NCBI GenBank assembly: GCA_002269645.1
Contig: NIVC01000695.1
Coordinates: forward strand, 372,001 to 436,000
DNA length: 64,000 nt
Reading direction: 5' to 3'
DNA from: Macrostomum lignano
Taxonomy: Eukaryota
The position numbers were made by a program, and so were the translations under genes. The notes under the pieces are model-generated. The model did no database searches and was not told where the DNA came from. It saw only the letters and a list, made by a program, of their open reading frames with translations. Shown here piece after piece: positions 34,928-48,054 of the stretch; positions within the stretch are counted from its first letter, which is position 1, and every line of letters begins with the position of its first letter.

Positions 34928-35828
34928 ATCACGAGATCGAGTTGGATCGCTTCTACCGTTGTGTCGCGAAGGGACCCACGAAAGTGTCTGCTATTGTTGA
35001 CGAAAAACTGTTGTCAGAATCGATACAGTGTGTGAGAGCTCTACAATAGCATTCTCATAACTGCTGTGCATTTTGTTATTAGCTATCATAACTATTTTAT
35101 CTGTCTGACTATTTGAGTCGATGTGTATTCTGGAAGTTCATTTGGGATTTGCTACATTTCACAAAGCAAATAAACTTCGGAATGAATTTTGAACGTCTTT
35201 GACTTCTTCTTTATAACCGTTATAGAGTTAGCTAATTATTAAACTTCAACTTATGCATGTAACTCTCCAAACTCTTTAGTGATAATTGCTCACAATCCCC
35301 AGTTCTTACTCGCTGTCAACTAGTCTTATCCACTGAGTTTAGGACCTCACCTGTGACCGCACATAGAAGTTCTATATGAATCAGTGCTGAACTTTCGTAC
35401 ATAACGATTAGAGGTTCGCTTCACACTCTTCTCTTGCTACTCTTCAGTAGGCGATCTCCTATAAAAGACAAATTGGAAATCGCATTGAAAACTTAGACCC
35501 GAATGACGTTTCCTAAGTAGTCATACACACCAGTATTCGCCGGTCTCTCAATAATCGTGAGCTACGATGAGAAAATAATTACATATGATAAGAAGTGATT
35601 AGTCGCATCGGATATTAGCCAACTCTCTAGAGGTTTCCAAGAGGTTGAGAGCCTTAACTTTACATAAAATCTCCCTTTCTTATTTACCCTCACCAATAAA
35701 GTGCCTTCGGGTCTGGGGGATTTCGTCAATGAAGGCGTTAATTCTTTTAAATACGTTGAAGTTCACATCCTCTCAGCTGTTATAAACCGTTAAAACTAAT
35801 TTCAGCACTGGATACCGGTATATCTGCA

Positions 35829-36838
35829 ATGCCAAACGATATCTCCTCACCAGTCTATAACTCGTTGGACCTGTCCGCTGGGAACGTCAAACGGCCAAGG
35901 TAAGATTTGCTACGATCTGATAGCTGTCCAGTCGCCCTGTAATATTACATGTATATGTATGCAGTAAAACTGAAAGATGTTAGGATGTTAAGATACTTTG
36001 ACTTCAATAACTTTCTGCTTAAATATTTACTGTACTCGTATAGTCAGAAATGCGAAAAATTAACTATGCGCCTCGTCCCACAAAATATACTTGTGATTTA
36101 GTTAGCATAGAATCATGATTTTCAACAGTGTCGACAGATGTTGGGCGGCCCGAGGATTCTTATTTAACGCCCACAAAGCATGGCTTCATTATTGGTATTT
36201 TAACCTAGGTAGACATTCGTGCTTAACTACTAAGTTTCTGAAAATTTCATTAGGATGATAGCGAGCAGCATAGATGTGCCTCACTGCACGAATCAAAAAA
36301 GAAGTTTTTTTTTCAATTTACCTACGAATTTTACATAATATTGCTTAAAGTTGGGCAATCAATTTTACTATCTTACATCTTAATATATGCATATGCTAAT
36401 CCAATAAAATAATTCTGCAGTTTCGATAAAGTCCTAGAAGCTGATACTTTGCGGCAGCTCGAATGGGTGGGTGTTCCTGGAGCCCATTACTGTGGCAAAT
36501 TCGATGATATCAAGCCAACTCTAGAACTTATTAGACTGCCCAACGAACAAAAAGGAATTGATGATGGTATGCCGCTTCGTGAGCAAATCAATAACTGTCT
36601 ACTAAAGATTGAGAAATGTAACGCTGGTTACAAAATACACGTAGCCAGGGCGGTCTTTGAAGAAACATTCGGTAATCCGTAAGTTTTACCAGATCTACGT
36701 ACTACTAGTCATGAATAGTGGTATATTCATTATTTGAATTGCACAGACATTGCCAATATTATTTAAGATTTACTAAATATTTCAAAAATAATATTCCATT
36801 GCAGATTGGAGGAGCTACCTTGTGGCTGCATTATTTAA
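35829..36838 (+). CDS. Uncharacterised tandem-family small protein, copy A (142 aa; exons 35829-35899, 36129-36194, 36421-36678, 36805-36838)
   Basis: The spliced product MPNDISSPVYNSLDL...WAARGFLFNAHKAWLHYCFDKVLEADT...GAHYCGKFDDI...GYKIHVARAVF...LPCGCII* is open. All introns are GT-AG, phase 2. Synonymous differences vs copy C support the frame. Confidence 0.75.
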
Positions 36839-37581
36839 ATGGGACACGGACCCGGACAGTTCCTATCCAGTGTACTTTGTTGTTGCTGGTTGTTGTTGAG
36901 ATCTGAGAGCTTATGACGATGCACATTGCGTGTGTCCGACCCAGTTTCAATCGGAACTCCGGGAGCTCTACCGGAATGTCCTTCCATGGAATTTATTTTT
37001 TCATCTTTTTGCAAATTCCTTGGAATTGCATTTGTGTTTAAATGTTATTATTCAACAAAAATAAACACAATGCATGCATTTTTGGAATTACTTTTTTCAT
37101 TGACTCTTTATTTTGGCGGGTATAGAAAACTGTATGATTTATAACTTTAAGTTTCCAATCTCTAGTGGTAACTTTAGGACTTACATACTTTGAGTTTAAT
37201 TCAAAAGTTAAGTGGTCTTTATTCAAAGCTATTAAAGTTAGTATCAGTTGGTATTATCCACTGAGCTGAGGACATCACCTGCAACCACTGACTGGAGTTT
37301 TTTTGGCACACACGATGAGAGATTCGCTTTACACTCTTCTCTCGATACTCTCAATAGGCAAGCTAAAATAAAGTAGCAACTAGAGAAGTTAATATTTGGG
37401 AAGTACGAGCTTACTATTAATATTGCTTTAAAGTGCTAAATCTCCCATTTCAGCAGTCATGGCACCTAGTAACGAATAACCGACGTCACCCGTCACCGAA
37501 ACAGCGCGTTTTTGGCAACACAGGTGCTGCAGCCAACATTATTGAGGATTCATAAATCGACTTCATGACTATTTTGAAGGT

Positions 37582-39595
37582 GGCTCTTCAAGCCTTCTTC
37601 AAGTACGCGGTTCAGGCGCTCCACTCCGGAATTCTTGAGGGTGGTAGAACGGAGTCTGACGATGATGGATGCCATACGCCTTTAGGAAGTCGTTGAACTC
37701 CTGGGAGATGAACTGGGGTCCTCCATCGGTGGTGATTACGCGCGGAATGCCCCAGCGACAAAACAGCGCTATGAGACTCTTGATGATAGTCGCAGACGTC
37801 GCCGAAGAGAGGCAGATCAGTTCGGGCCACTTTGAATGCAGGTCGTGCACACCGAGGATGAAGCGGCAGTTCTGTGGTGCACCCTCATGCAGCTCTCCGA
37901 ACAAGTCGATCTGCAGCTCTGTCCACGGCTCCTTCGGCCACTTGATCGGGGTCAGCACTGTCTGGTGCGGCTTGAAGCTCTTCTCACTGATGATGCACGC
38001 AGAGCAGCTGCTGACGAACCTCTCGATGTCGCCGTCCATTTTGAGCCACCACTCGGTGTCTCGGCAGTGATGCTTGGTTCTGCTGACTCCCTTGTGACCT
38101 TGATGCGCTAAGTCGAGCACTCGCTGACGCAGTTCTTCCGGTATAACGGCGCGAGCTCCCATGGCCAAGCACCTGCCGTTGCTCCAGACAGTCAGATCGT
38201 TCCTTACACTCCAGTAAGGCAGCAGGCGCTCGTCGAGCTTTTTCTTGTCTGGCCAACCGGAAACTGTGAACTCTGCGACTCGTGCCAGGAGCTCTTCCTT
38301 TGAAGTTGCTTCCGCCATTTCGTCCTCGGTGACCACGGTCAGCGTCCGTCTCGGCCAGGAGCACTCTCTGGACTTCCAGATCGTCAGTTGCATCGCCTTC
38401 CGCCGGCTCGGCCGTGACCTAGCAGCGCACGGTGTTCTTGGCATCCGGGACGTACTTGACGGTGAAGGAGTAATTTAACAAACGATCGTTCGTTCGTTAA
38501 CCAGCGATCCAGTCTGAGTGGCCTGTGTCCGCATCCAGATGCTGACAGCAGCGTGGTGAGAGCCTGGTGGTCGATGTGGAGCTCAAACAGTCGGCCGTAG
38601 AGGAAGAAGTTCCAGCGCTCGCAGGCGAAAATGCAGGCTAGGGCTTCCCTCTCGCTTGCGGAGTAGCGGCGCTCCGTAGCACTCAGCGACCGGCTCGCAA
38701 AGGCAACCGGGCGCCATTGACCATCGGAGTCTTGCTGGAGAAGCATCGCACCGAGAGCTGATGCTGAGCTGTCGCAGTTGACGATGATTGGCTGATCTGG
38801 GTCGAAAAACTTGAGGCAAGGTGGCTTGCACACTCCTGTCTTCAGCTGCTCAAAAGCCTGCTGGCACTCGCTCGTCCACTTCCACGGCTCGTCCTTCCTC
38901 AGCAGTTTCATGAGGGGCTCTGCCGTACTGGGGAGGTTAAAATGAAGTTTCCGAAGTACTTTACGACGCCTAGAAACGCAGCCACTTCCTTGGTGCTCGT
39001 TGGCGGCTGTACCTTCTCGATAGCTTCGACATGTGACTGCAACGGGCGGACTCCAAGCGCTCAGCTCATAGCCTAGGAAGTTGATCTTTTCCTGACGCCA
39101 GGTGCACTTGGCCGTATTGATGGTCACGTTGTGCGTCATAAAAGCTTGCAGCACCTTGTTACAGGCGCTTGTCGTGTTCTTCTCTTGATGCCGCGTGCAC
39201 TACGATGTCATCAATAAAGTGCACTGCGCCTTTGATACCACTGAGGATCTTTGCCATCACCTTCTGGAGCGCAGCCGGTGCAGTACTCAGGCCGAAGCAC
39301 ACCCTCCGATTCCGATATAGGCCTCACTCCGTCACGAACGTCGTCAGATTTCTGCAGTACTCGGCCAACTCCAGTTGCAGGTAAGACGAATTCAGGTCCA
39401 ACTTGGAGAAGCATCGTGACCCGGCAAACTCGGCGGAGAGCTATTCAAAGGTCGGAAGTGGGTATCTGTCCGGTATGATGCTCTTATTTGGGCGTCTCAG
39501 GTCGTTGTAGATCCGGATCGAGCCATTCGCCTTTGGCACCACAACTAGGTTTGACACCCAATCTGACGCGTCGACCTCCTTAATGATACCTTGCA
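37582..39595 (-). mobile_element. Degenerate Ty3/Gypsy pol fragment (RT, RNase H, integrase), no LTRs
   Basis: RT: YPLPT, FSKLDL, HFIDDI. RNase H: CDSS..LGAMLLQ, VAFASRSL..ERRYS. Integrase: H-x3-H..CSAC, QIDLFG, TDGGPQF. Frameshifted and truncated at both ends. Confidence 0.92.
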
Positions 39596-39764
39596 GAAGA
39601 ATTCGAGTATCCAGAAGAGTTCGAGTAAGTGTTCACAGAAGCTGTTCATTTCAAGTCACTAATTGAATCATGATATCACCATTAACTGGTTAAAATCTCG
39701 GATATAAAATACTTTTATATATTTATATACTTATCACACACACCTTGCAACTCTGACCTCCTGG

Positions 39765-39866
39765 TAGTAGTAGTATGATATAAGGGGCTGAGTCATCCAA
39801 GCGAGCTGGCGCGCAATGCGCCTGAGCAATAAGGGTGGCGCAGCCCCTTATATCATACTACTACTA
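39765..39866. mobile_element. 102-bp MITE with perfect 26-bp TIRs
   Basis: TAGTAGTAGTATGATATAAGGGGCTG and its exact reverse complement. An identical copy lies at 48193-48294. Confidence 0.8.
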
Positions 39867-39870
39867 ACAG

Positions 39871-40590
39871 TCTCGACAGATGTTGGGCGGCCAGAGGATT
39901 CTTAAATTAACGCACACAAAGCATGGCTTCATTATTGGTATTTTAACCTAGGTTCATGCTTAACTACTAAGTTTCTGATAATTTCATTAGACCGATAGCT
40001 ATCAGCATAGATGTGCCTCACTGCAACAATCAAAAAAAGTTTTTTTCAATTTACCTAAGAATTTTACATAATATTGCTTAAAGTTGGGCAATCAATTTTA
40101 CTATCTTACATCGTAATATATGGATATGCCGATCCAATAAAATAATTCTGCAGCTTCTAGGAAGTCCTACAAGCTGATACTTTGCGGCAGCTCGAATGGC
40201 TGGATGTTCCTGGAGCCCATTACTGTGGAAAATTCGATGATATCAAGCCAATTCTAAAACTGATCAAACTGTCTGAAGAGATAAAAAATGGCATTGATAA
40301 TGGCATGTCGTTACGTACTCGAATCAACAATTTTCAACTTAAAATTGAGAAATGCAACGATCGTTACAAAATCCACGTAGCCAGGGTGCTCGGCGGAGTC
40401 AGCTTTGCTAATCCGTAAGTTTTACCAGATCTACATACTAGTCATGAATATTCATTATTGGAGTAGCACAGACATTGCCAATAGTATTTAAGATTTAATA
40501 AATATTTAAATATTCCTTTTCAGATTGACCCAGCTACCGTGTGGTTGCGCCATTAAAACATGCAACCAAGTTTCTGTTAGACAGAAATAA
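39871..40590 (+). pseudogene. Tandem-family copy B (pseudogene)
   Basis: Lacks exon 1. Exon 2 has a +1 insertion and exon 3 begins with an in-frame TAG. The rest is homologous to copy A. Confidence 0.75.
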
Positions 40591-40708
40591 AAAATAACCG
40601 ATCGAATGGTTAATGTTTTGGAAGTCCAATTTTTCTTTGAATTATTTTTGGCGCGAATAGAAAGTTTTAAATTATTATAGCTCTAAATTAAGCGCGTATC
40701 TTCCTCTC

Positions 40709-40963
40709 CAGGGGCGTCCCCATCCATTATGGTAGGGGGCCACAAAGCCAAGCATTCCACATGACTAAATTTCAATATTGTTTTAAGGAATCGGTGTTGT
40801 TAACACTCATTATAGCGCCACAGGCACTCATTTTTGCGCCACATTCAGGCACGAATTTTGGCGTTCTGAAGCAAATTTACTGATTACCATATCGGGTCAC
40901 AAAGTGGGGCGGAGGAACAAATCATTATCATGCCCCATAGCTTTTGCAGGAGCGACGCCCCTG
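40709..40963. mobile_element. 255-bp MITE (hAT-like)
   Basis: Perfect 10-bp TIR CAGGGGCGTC / GACGCCCCTG. A second copy lies at 49179-49432. Confidence 0.7.
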
Positions 40964-42429
40964 TCAATCTCCAAACTGTTTAGTGGTAAAAATGATTATG
41001 CATATTTTAAGTTCTATTCAAAAGTTTAGTGGTCTGGTTAATCAAAGTTACTAAATTCACTATCAATTTCTATAAGAAACATGAACCACTTAGTGTGGTA
41101 AAACCTGGATTTTGAATTCCTCAAAGTCCTCAGTTCTTACTCGCTGTCAACTGGTATTATCCGCTGAGCTGTTTTTTGTACACACGATAAGAGATTCGCT
41201 TCACTCTCTTCTCTTGGTACTCTCAGTAGGCAGCTATAATAAAGTATAAATTAGAGGATCGTTCGTGTTTGGGAAGTGCAAGCATACCAATTAATTCGAA
41301 ATACGAAATCTCCCATTTCAGCGGTCATGTCACCTACTCACGAATGATTGACGTCACTCTGTCGCCGACACATCGAGTTTGCGACATCACAGACGCTGCA
41401 AGTCTGCAACCTGTAATTGAAGTTAATTTGGCGATATATAAGTCTTGCGTTCTAGACACACAATGCAGTAGTGCATTTTAAGTGAATTATTTTTAATATT
41501 TTTTATCGCATTCGTTGAGTATGGATTTTCAGCACGAAATGAGCCACTTTCCTGTACTATACATACTACTGCCAGTAGCCATGGAAGTTTATTCTACCAT
41601 TTTCTTCCCTGCCTTCCCCATTTTTTCCTTCCCTCTCCCCCATCTCTTTTTATCCTTTGTCTACCCCTAGTCTACGGTAGCAAAATAAAGAGCATACATA
41701 CCAGTCATGAATATCCGTTGTTTGAGTTGTTACCAACTATTACCAACTATTATACAAATATACAAATATTACCAGCAATAGGAATGTAATCCAATATACT
41801 AAAATGGTTAGTAAGTGTCTGTGGTTACAGGAGGGATAGCATATTGCCTAAGCTGTTAGAGTATAATACAGTTAGTGTGTGATAGATACACGTAGCAACA
41901 TAGCGAGCCAATTGATAAGATAAGATATGCGGCATGATAAATCAACCTTTGCATAATTTACTATCCTTTGCAGATGACGACAAGGTGGCGCCGTCATCCG
42001 GTCATACCTTTAACTGGAACTTTCATTAAAAAGGCAGGTGGTCAAAGTTACTAAAGTTACTAGCAGTTACTGTACTATTAGATACGTGAACTCCTAAGTG
42101 TATCCAAATCTCAAAAATTCCTCACAATCAAAAAATCTTATAAAATAGAAATTGGAAATCGCATAGAAAAATCCGGGTCCGGATGAGGTTTATTAAGTAG
42201 TCCTATGCATGCACACCAGTATTTGCCGGCCTCCCACTAATGGTGAAGCAGCATGAGAAGCTAATTGGGAATTAAGACAAGAGCAATAAATTTGAAGTGC
42301 AAAATTTCCCATTTCAGAAAACAAGTCACCTACTGTGGTCACGAATGGCCGACGTCACTCTGTCACGATCGACACTGTGCGTGCTCGACATCACAGGCGA
42401 TGCAAGCAGCATTGAAGTAGAGAGGATAC

Positions 42430-42620
42430 AGACTTCTGGGTCACCGGGCGAGCCACCATCCACCTATTGGGCTCTCCGGCCAAGGAACCACCCCTGCGGA
42501 CACCGGCACTTGCGGATTTCCCTGCGCGACACCGCAGCACCAGGTTAGCGAAAGTGGCGGCAACGCCTCCTCGCTGCATCCGGATGCCCGGATCCCCTGA
42601 AGCTGAGTCAAGTAAGTCAA
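42430..42620 (+). mobile_element. 3' terminal fragment of a related LOA-like LINE
   Basis: Ends GCCTCCTCGCTG...CCCTGAAGCTGAGTCAAGTAAGTC, matching the 3' end of the full-length element (GCCTCCCCGCTG...CCCTGCAGCTAAGTCAAGTAAGT). Confidence 0.6.
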
Positions 42621-43050
42621 TGCCATTGATGCATTCAATCCTACTTGCGACAACCAGATTGAGACCTCCAGCTATGACAGCCCCATCTATGAAGCTCTCA
42701 ACGCAAGGTAGTCTTTGCTTTCAAGGCCGCTTGAAGATCCAACTCTTACAGTAATGGACCTCGGCGTGCGATCAGACGGGAGGCAGATGGCGTCTTGCAC
42801 CCTTGTCAATGCGATACGGCAACGCAATCTGACTTACTCGAAATGTGAACATCTAACTTTATTCAGCGAATAGCACAATAAGTCAAGCAGACAAAATTAT
42901 CAGCTGAATTTAAACTTCAATTAATTTTTATTATTTACTTAGACTTAACAGAATCGCGATTTGTATAAGAGCTCAGCTCAAATATCAGGAATTCCATTGG
43001 GTATTACTCCTATATGTTAACTCTGCTTTTATCCCTGACGCTTTTCACAG

Positions 43051-43302
43051 GAACAATGCCAACTGCATGAATCTGCGCCGTCCAGATTTCTTCAAGACGA
43101 AGATGACCGTGAGTTTCTAATGCAAGGCCTGCGCGAGGGATTTTGCCTGATCACCGAAACTCGTTCCGCCAATCCGATGTCGAGAATTATGTATGGCTCA
43201 TGCAAGCTGCATGAACGAGAGCAAGGTCGAGAAGCAGATCTACTGCTACCGTCGCGCCGCAAAGAGACCCACGAAAGTGTCTGTCAGTGTAGAAACATTT
43301 GA
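43051..43302 (+). mobile_element. Degenerate DIRS/Ngaro-like (YR retrotransposon) RT N-terminal fragment
   Basis: LQDEDDREFLMQGLREGF, then VENY and KVEKQI in shifted frames. Duplicated at 50646-50897. Confidence 0.5.
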
Positions 43303-44232
43303 CGAAAAACTGTAAGAGTTGTAAGAATCGATCCACTTTTCAGATAAAAATAGTTACAATACAGCTGTGCTGGGTGAGAGATCTTAGTACGATGACATGC
43401 TCGAAACTTCTGTGCATTTAGTTAGAATAGTAAAGCCTCGCTATTTCATCTGGGAGACAATGTGTACAGTATTTTGGAACTACATTCAGGCTTTGCTGAT
43501 TTTTACAAAGCAAATAAACTGCAGAATGAATTTTGGAACGTCTTTGACTTCTTCTTTTCGGCGGATATAGCTCGTAGATAGAGTTAGCTAATTATTAAAC
43601 TTTAACTTACGCGTGTGACTCTCCAAACTCTTTAGTGATAATTGCTCACAATCCTCAGCTCTTACTCGCTGTCAACTAGTCTTATATGCACTGAGTTTAG
43701 GACCTCACCTGTGACCACACACAAGTTCTAATTTGACTATCGGTGTAGAACTTTTCGTACACACGATTAGAGATTCGCTTCACTCTTGCTACTCTTCAGT
43801 AGGCGATTTCCTAAGATAGAAATCGGAAGTCGCATTGAAAAACTCGGTCCTTAATGAAGTTTCCTATGTATAGTTCTATGCATGCACACCAGTATTAGCC
43901 GGCCTCTCAATCGCTAATGGTGAACCAGGGGGAGAAACTAATTAGATATGAAAAGAAATAAATAGTGGCATCCTATTGTCGCCAACTCTATAGGTCACCG
44001 CTTCCATTTAAGAGCCTTAAGTTTACATAAAATCCCCTTTTCTCATTTATCCCCACCAAAATAGCCCCTAGGGACTGTGGGATTTCGTCAATGAAGGCGT
44101 TTCTTTTTTCTTTAGAAGAGAATTTTTCGCGTTGGTTCTATTTTTACTTGTTGCTTATAAAATGCTTTGGAGTTCACTTCCTCTCCTGATATGAGCAGTT
44201 AAAACTAATTTCAGCACTGCCGCATAACAGCA

Positions 44233-45219
44233 ATGCCAAATGATACCTCCTCGCCAGTGTACAACTGGTTGGAATTGTACTATGGAAACGTCCAACAACC
44301 AAGGTAAGATTTTCTATGACCTGATGGCTATCCAGTCGCCCTAGAATTACATGTATATTTATGCAGTAAAACTGAAAGATGTTAAGATGTTAAGATACTT
44401 TGACCTCGATAACATTCTACTTAATTATCTATAGTCAGAAATGAGAAAATTACCGATGCGCCTCGTCCCACAAAACATATTTGTGGTTTAGTTAGCATAG
44501 AATCAGAGTAAAGATTTTCAATAGTCTCGACAGACGTTGGGCGGCCCGAGGATTTTTAATTAACGCCCACGAAGCATGGTTTTATTATTGGTATTTTACC
44601 ATAGGCATTCATGCTTAACTACTAAGTTTCTGATAATTTCATTATGTCGATCGCGATCAGCATATAGATGTGTCACACACTGCACCAATCAAAAATAACG
44701 TTTTTTCAATTAAACTACTAAGAATTTTATATAAGATTGCTTAAAATTTGCCAATCAATTTTACTATCTTACATCTTAATACATGGATATGCCGATCCAA
44801 TAAATATTTCTGCAGCTTCGAGGAAGTCCTGGCTTCTGATACTGAGCGTAAGCTGAAACGGCAGGATTGTCCTGGAGCCCATTACTGTGGCAAATTAAAT
44901 GATATCACGCAACTTCTAAACGTTATTGGTCTGCCGAACGAAAAAATTGGCTATGGTAGGCCACTACGGTTGCTAACAAACGATTTTCAACTGACCATTA
45001 AAAAGATTGCTGATGGGTATGAAATCCACCTTGCTAAGGCCGTATATGGCCGAACGTTTTCAGAATGGTAAGTTTTACTGGAGCTACATTACTAGTCTAA
45101 TAAATATTTATTATTTGAATTGCACAGATATTGCCAATAGTATTTAAGATGTACTAAATATAAAAACAATAATATTCCATTTCAGATCGGTCACGCTTCC
45201 TTGCGGTTGCGCTATGTAG
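44233..45219 (+). CDS. Tandem-family copy C (129 aa to a splice-junction TGA; exons 44233-44303, 44525-44590, 44816-45067, 45186-45219)
   Basis: Open spliced frame MPNDTSSPVYNWLEL...GAHYCGKLNDI...AKAVYGRTFSE, then TG|A, then in-frame SVTLPCGCAM*. Confidence 0.72.
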
Positions 45220-47582
45220 ATTGACTCGTACCCGGACAGTTCCTGTTGAGATCTGAGAGCTAATGACGATGCACATTGCGTGTGTCTGACCCAGTTTCGA
45301 TCGGATCTCCGGGAGCTCTACCGGAATGTCTTCCATGGAATTTATTTATCCATCTTTTTGCACATTCCATGGAAATGCATTGCATTCGTGTTGTTGCTGT
45401 ATTCTACAGAAATAAACACAAATAATTTTTTGAAAGAATTATTTTTCGTTGACTCTTCATTTTGGCGGGTATAGAAAATTGTTTGATTTATAACTTTAAT
45501 CTCTTTCCAATCTCTGAAGTGGTAACTATGAAAATAGGACTATCAATAGGACTTACATACTTACTTTTGATTTAAAAGTTTAGCGGTCTTTAGTCGAAGC
45601 TACTAAAGTTAGTGTCAGCTGGTCTTATCCACTGAGCTGAGGACCTCACTAACTACCTATGCAGAAATTGTGGAGATTCCCTTCACACTCTTCTCTCGCT
45701 ACTCTCAGTAGGCAAGCTAAAATAAATTAGAAACTAAGGAAATTAATTTTTGGGAAGTACGAGCTTACTATAAATATTGTTTTAAAGTGCGTAATCTCCC
45801 ATTTTCAGCGTTCGTCACCCATGCAGTCACGAGTCACGAATGACCGACGTCACTCCGTCACCGAAACAGTGCGTTTTCGACAACACAGGCGCTGTAACCA
45901 ACTTGATGACTGTTTTGGAGACATAAAGCTTCCGTTTTAAACACACAATGCAACAGTGCATTTTAAGTGCATTAATTCTTTTATGATTTCTTATCGCAAT
46001 TCAATGAGGACTGAATTTCGAGCCCCTTTCCCTCTACTGTACATACTACTGCCAGTAGCGATGGCATTTTCTTCCACCATTTTCTTCCCATTTCTTCCCC
46101 ATTTTTCCGTTGTCTACGGTAGCAAAACAAATAGCATATACATACTATTCATGAATATCTGTTGTTTGAGTTGCACAAATATTGCCAACAATAATAATGT
46201 AAATAAGATTGTCTAAATATTCAACGGTAATTATTTCATTGTACTGACAGCATATTGCCCAATCTACATATGCTTTGCTGTTAGAGTAGAATTCCCCATT
46301 TTGCCGATTTCATACTGCATCAAATGTCTTACACTTGCTTTTGCTGGACCTCTTTTTCTTCAGCTGTGCTTAGTTTATTTATTTATTCTTTATTATCTTT
46401 TATCTTTAAGCTTCCGGATGGTCAGCAGAGCTGACTATGTACCAACAGCCTTTACTGCTGGTAATCTTTTAGAGTCTATGGTAAAAGAAAAGTTATGTGC
46501 TGCACAGTAGCCGTTCCTGCCGAGCATGGTCAGCAGCGCTGATCATACGAAAAATGGGTGAAAAAAGTCCTACATATCTGCAATGGAATGCAGCGACTCG
46601 GTTTCAGTATTCTCTGTGATGACATCATCAGTCTCAGAATTTCCATGCAAAATTTCTATGGTTGTAGCTGATTTACTTTTCAATAAACTGATATAACTGA
46701 TATACTCTTATTAAGGAGGTGCAGTGCTTTCTCTTTCAAAAATGCCTGTTTGCAGAATTTAAAGTGAACTGTAGTGTCTATTGCTAGATATCGAGTGTAC
46801 GCACTGCATAATCTATTCAGAGAGCATTAAGTGAAATGTACATTTTGAGACTGCTTTTTTCGACCCTAGATTTGTCCAAGCCAAGTATAAATGCTCCATT
46901 CTCGGCTAGAAAGGCTTTGCACAGCGGCGCATTAAGATTCTAGCTATAGTCTATGGCCAGCCCAGCTGACCATGTCGGCAGGAACGGAGATTTTGTATTT
47001 CTACGAGCGTAGCTCCAGCGCGAAAAGGATCCTTCAGTATGCTTCACTCATGTCGCCTTGTTGCCTAGTTGGGGGGGGGGGGCAGTTGAGCTATACATCT
47101 TTCTTTGCGTTATGGATGTATTTGCATCGATATATATAGCAAGTAGCAAGCAAGTAAGCTTTTTGTGCCGCGCTGGGCTGCTCTGCCCTAGCACGCTCAT
47201 TTTTTCTCCCATTGCCTTTATTCATCCCTATTTTTAATCACCGTGTTTAATTAACTACTGTGGAATTGAGTAAATCAAAATAAATTCTGTTTGCCACAGG
47301 GGCCCTCCTTCGCCCTTGCCGCCTCTTCGCCTTCCTTTCTTGGCGTCGTTTGCTAAAGATCGAAAATTTTAATGCCAGAAGTCACGAGAGTCGGCTTTGA
47401 GCCGCTTTTAAGCATTTGCAAAACACTTGGCAAACTAGATGCATTAAATGTATTGCGTATTGTATAATTTTGCCTCAATTAATAGATATTTATTTTCAGT
47501 TTCAACTATTATACACTTCCAGCTTTTATTAAAATATTTATTATTATCAAAAAATAATAAAAGCTGGCTGATTGGCTGAAGT

Positions 47583-48054
47583 ATGTATCCAGAAGAGTTC
47601 GAGTATCCAGAAGAGTTCGAGTATCCAGAAGAGTTCGAGTATCCAGAAGAGTTCGAGTATCCAGAAGAGTTCGAGTACCCAGAAGAGTTCGAGTATCCAG
47701 AAGAGTTCGAGTACCCAGAAGAGTTCGAGTATCCAGAAGAGTTCGAGTATCCAGAAGAGTTCGAGTATCCAGAAGAGTTCGAGTATCCAGAAGAGTTCGA
47801 GTATCCAGAAGAGTTCGAGTATCCAGAAGAGTTCGAGTATCCAGAAGAGTTCGAGTATCCAGAAGAGTTCGAGTATCCAGAAGAGTTCGAGTATCCAGAA
47901 GAGTTCGAGTATCCAGAAGAGTTCGAGTATCCAGAAGAGTTCGAGTATCCAGAAGAGTTCGAGTATCCAGAAGAGTTCGAGTACCCAGAAGAGTTCGAGT
48001 ATCCAGAAGAGTTCGAGTATCCAGACGAGTTCGAGTATCCAGACGAGTTCGAGT
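47583..48054. repeat. 18-nt minisatellite (GAGTATCCAGAAGAGTTC), ~26 copies
   Basis: Tandem units. Shorter paralogous arrays lie at ~39594-39628 (~2 units) and 54998-55090 (~5 units). Confidence 0.97.

Noticed and set aside
39860-39870. TACTAAC branch-point consensus created by the MITE end
   Set aside because: It is immediately adjacent to the AG, too close to act as a branch point; probably coincidental.
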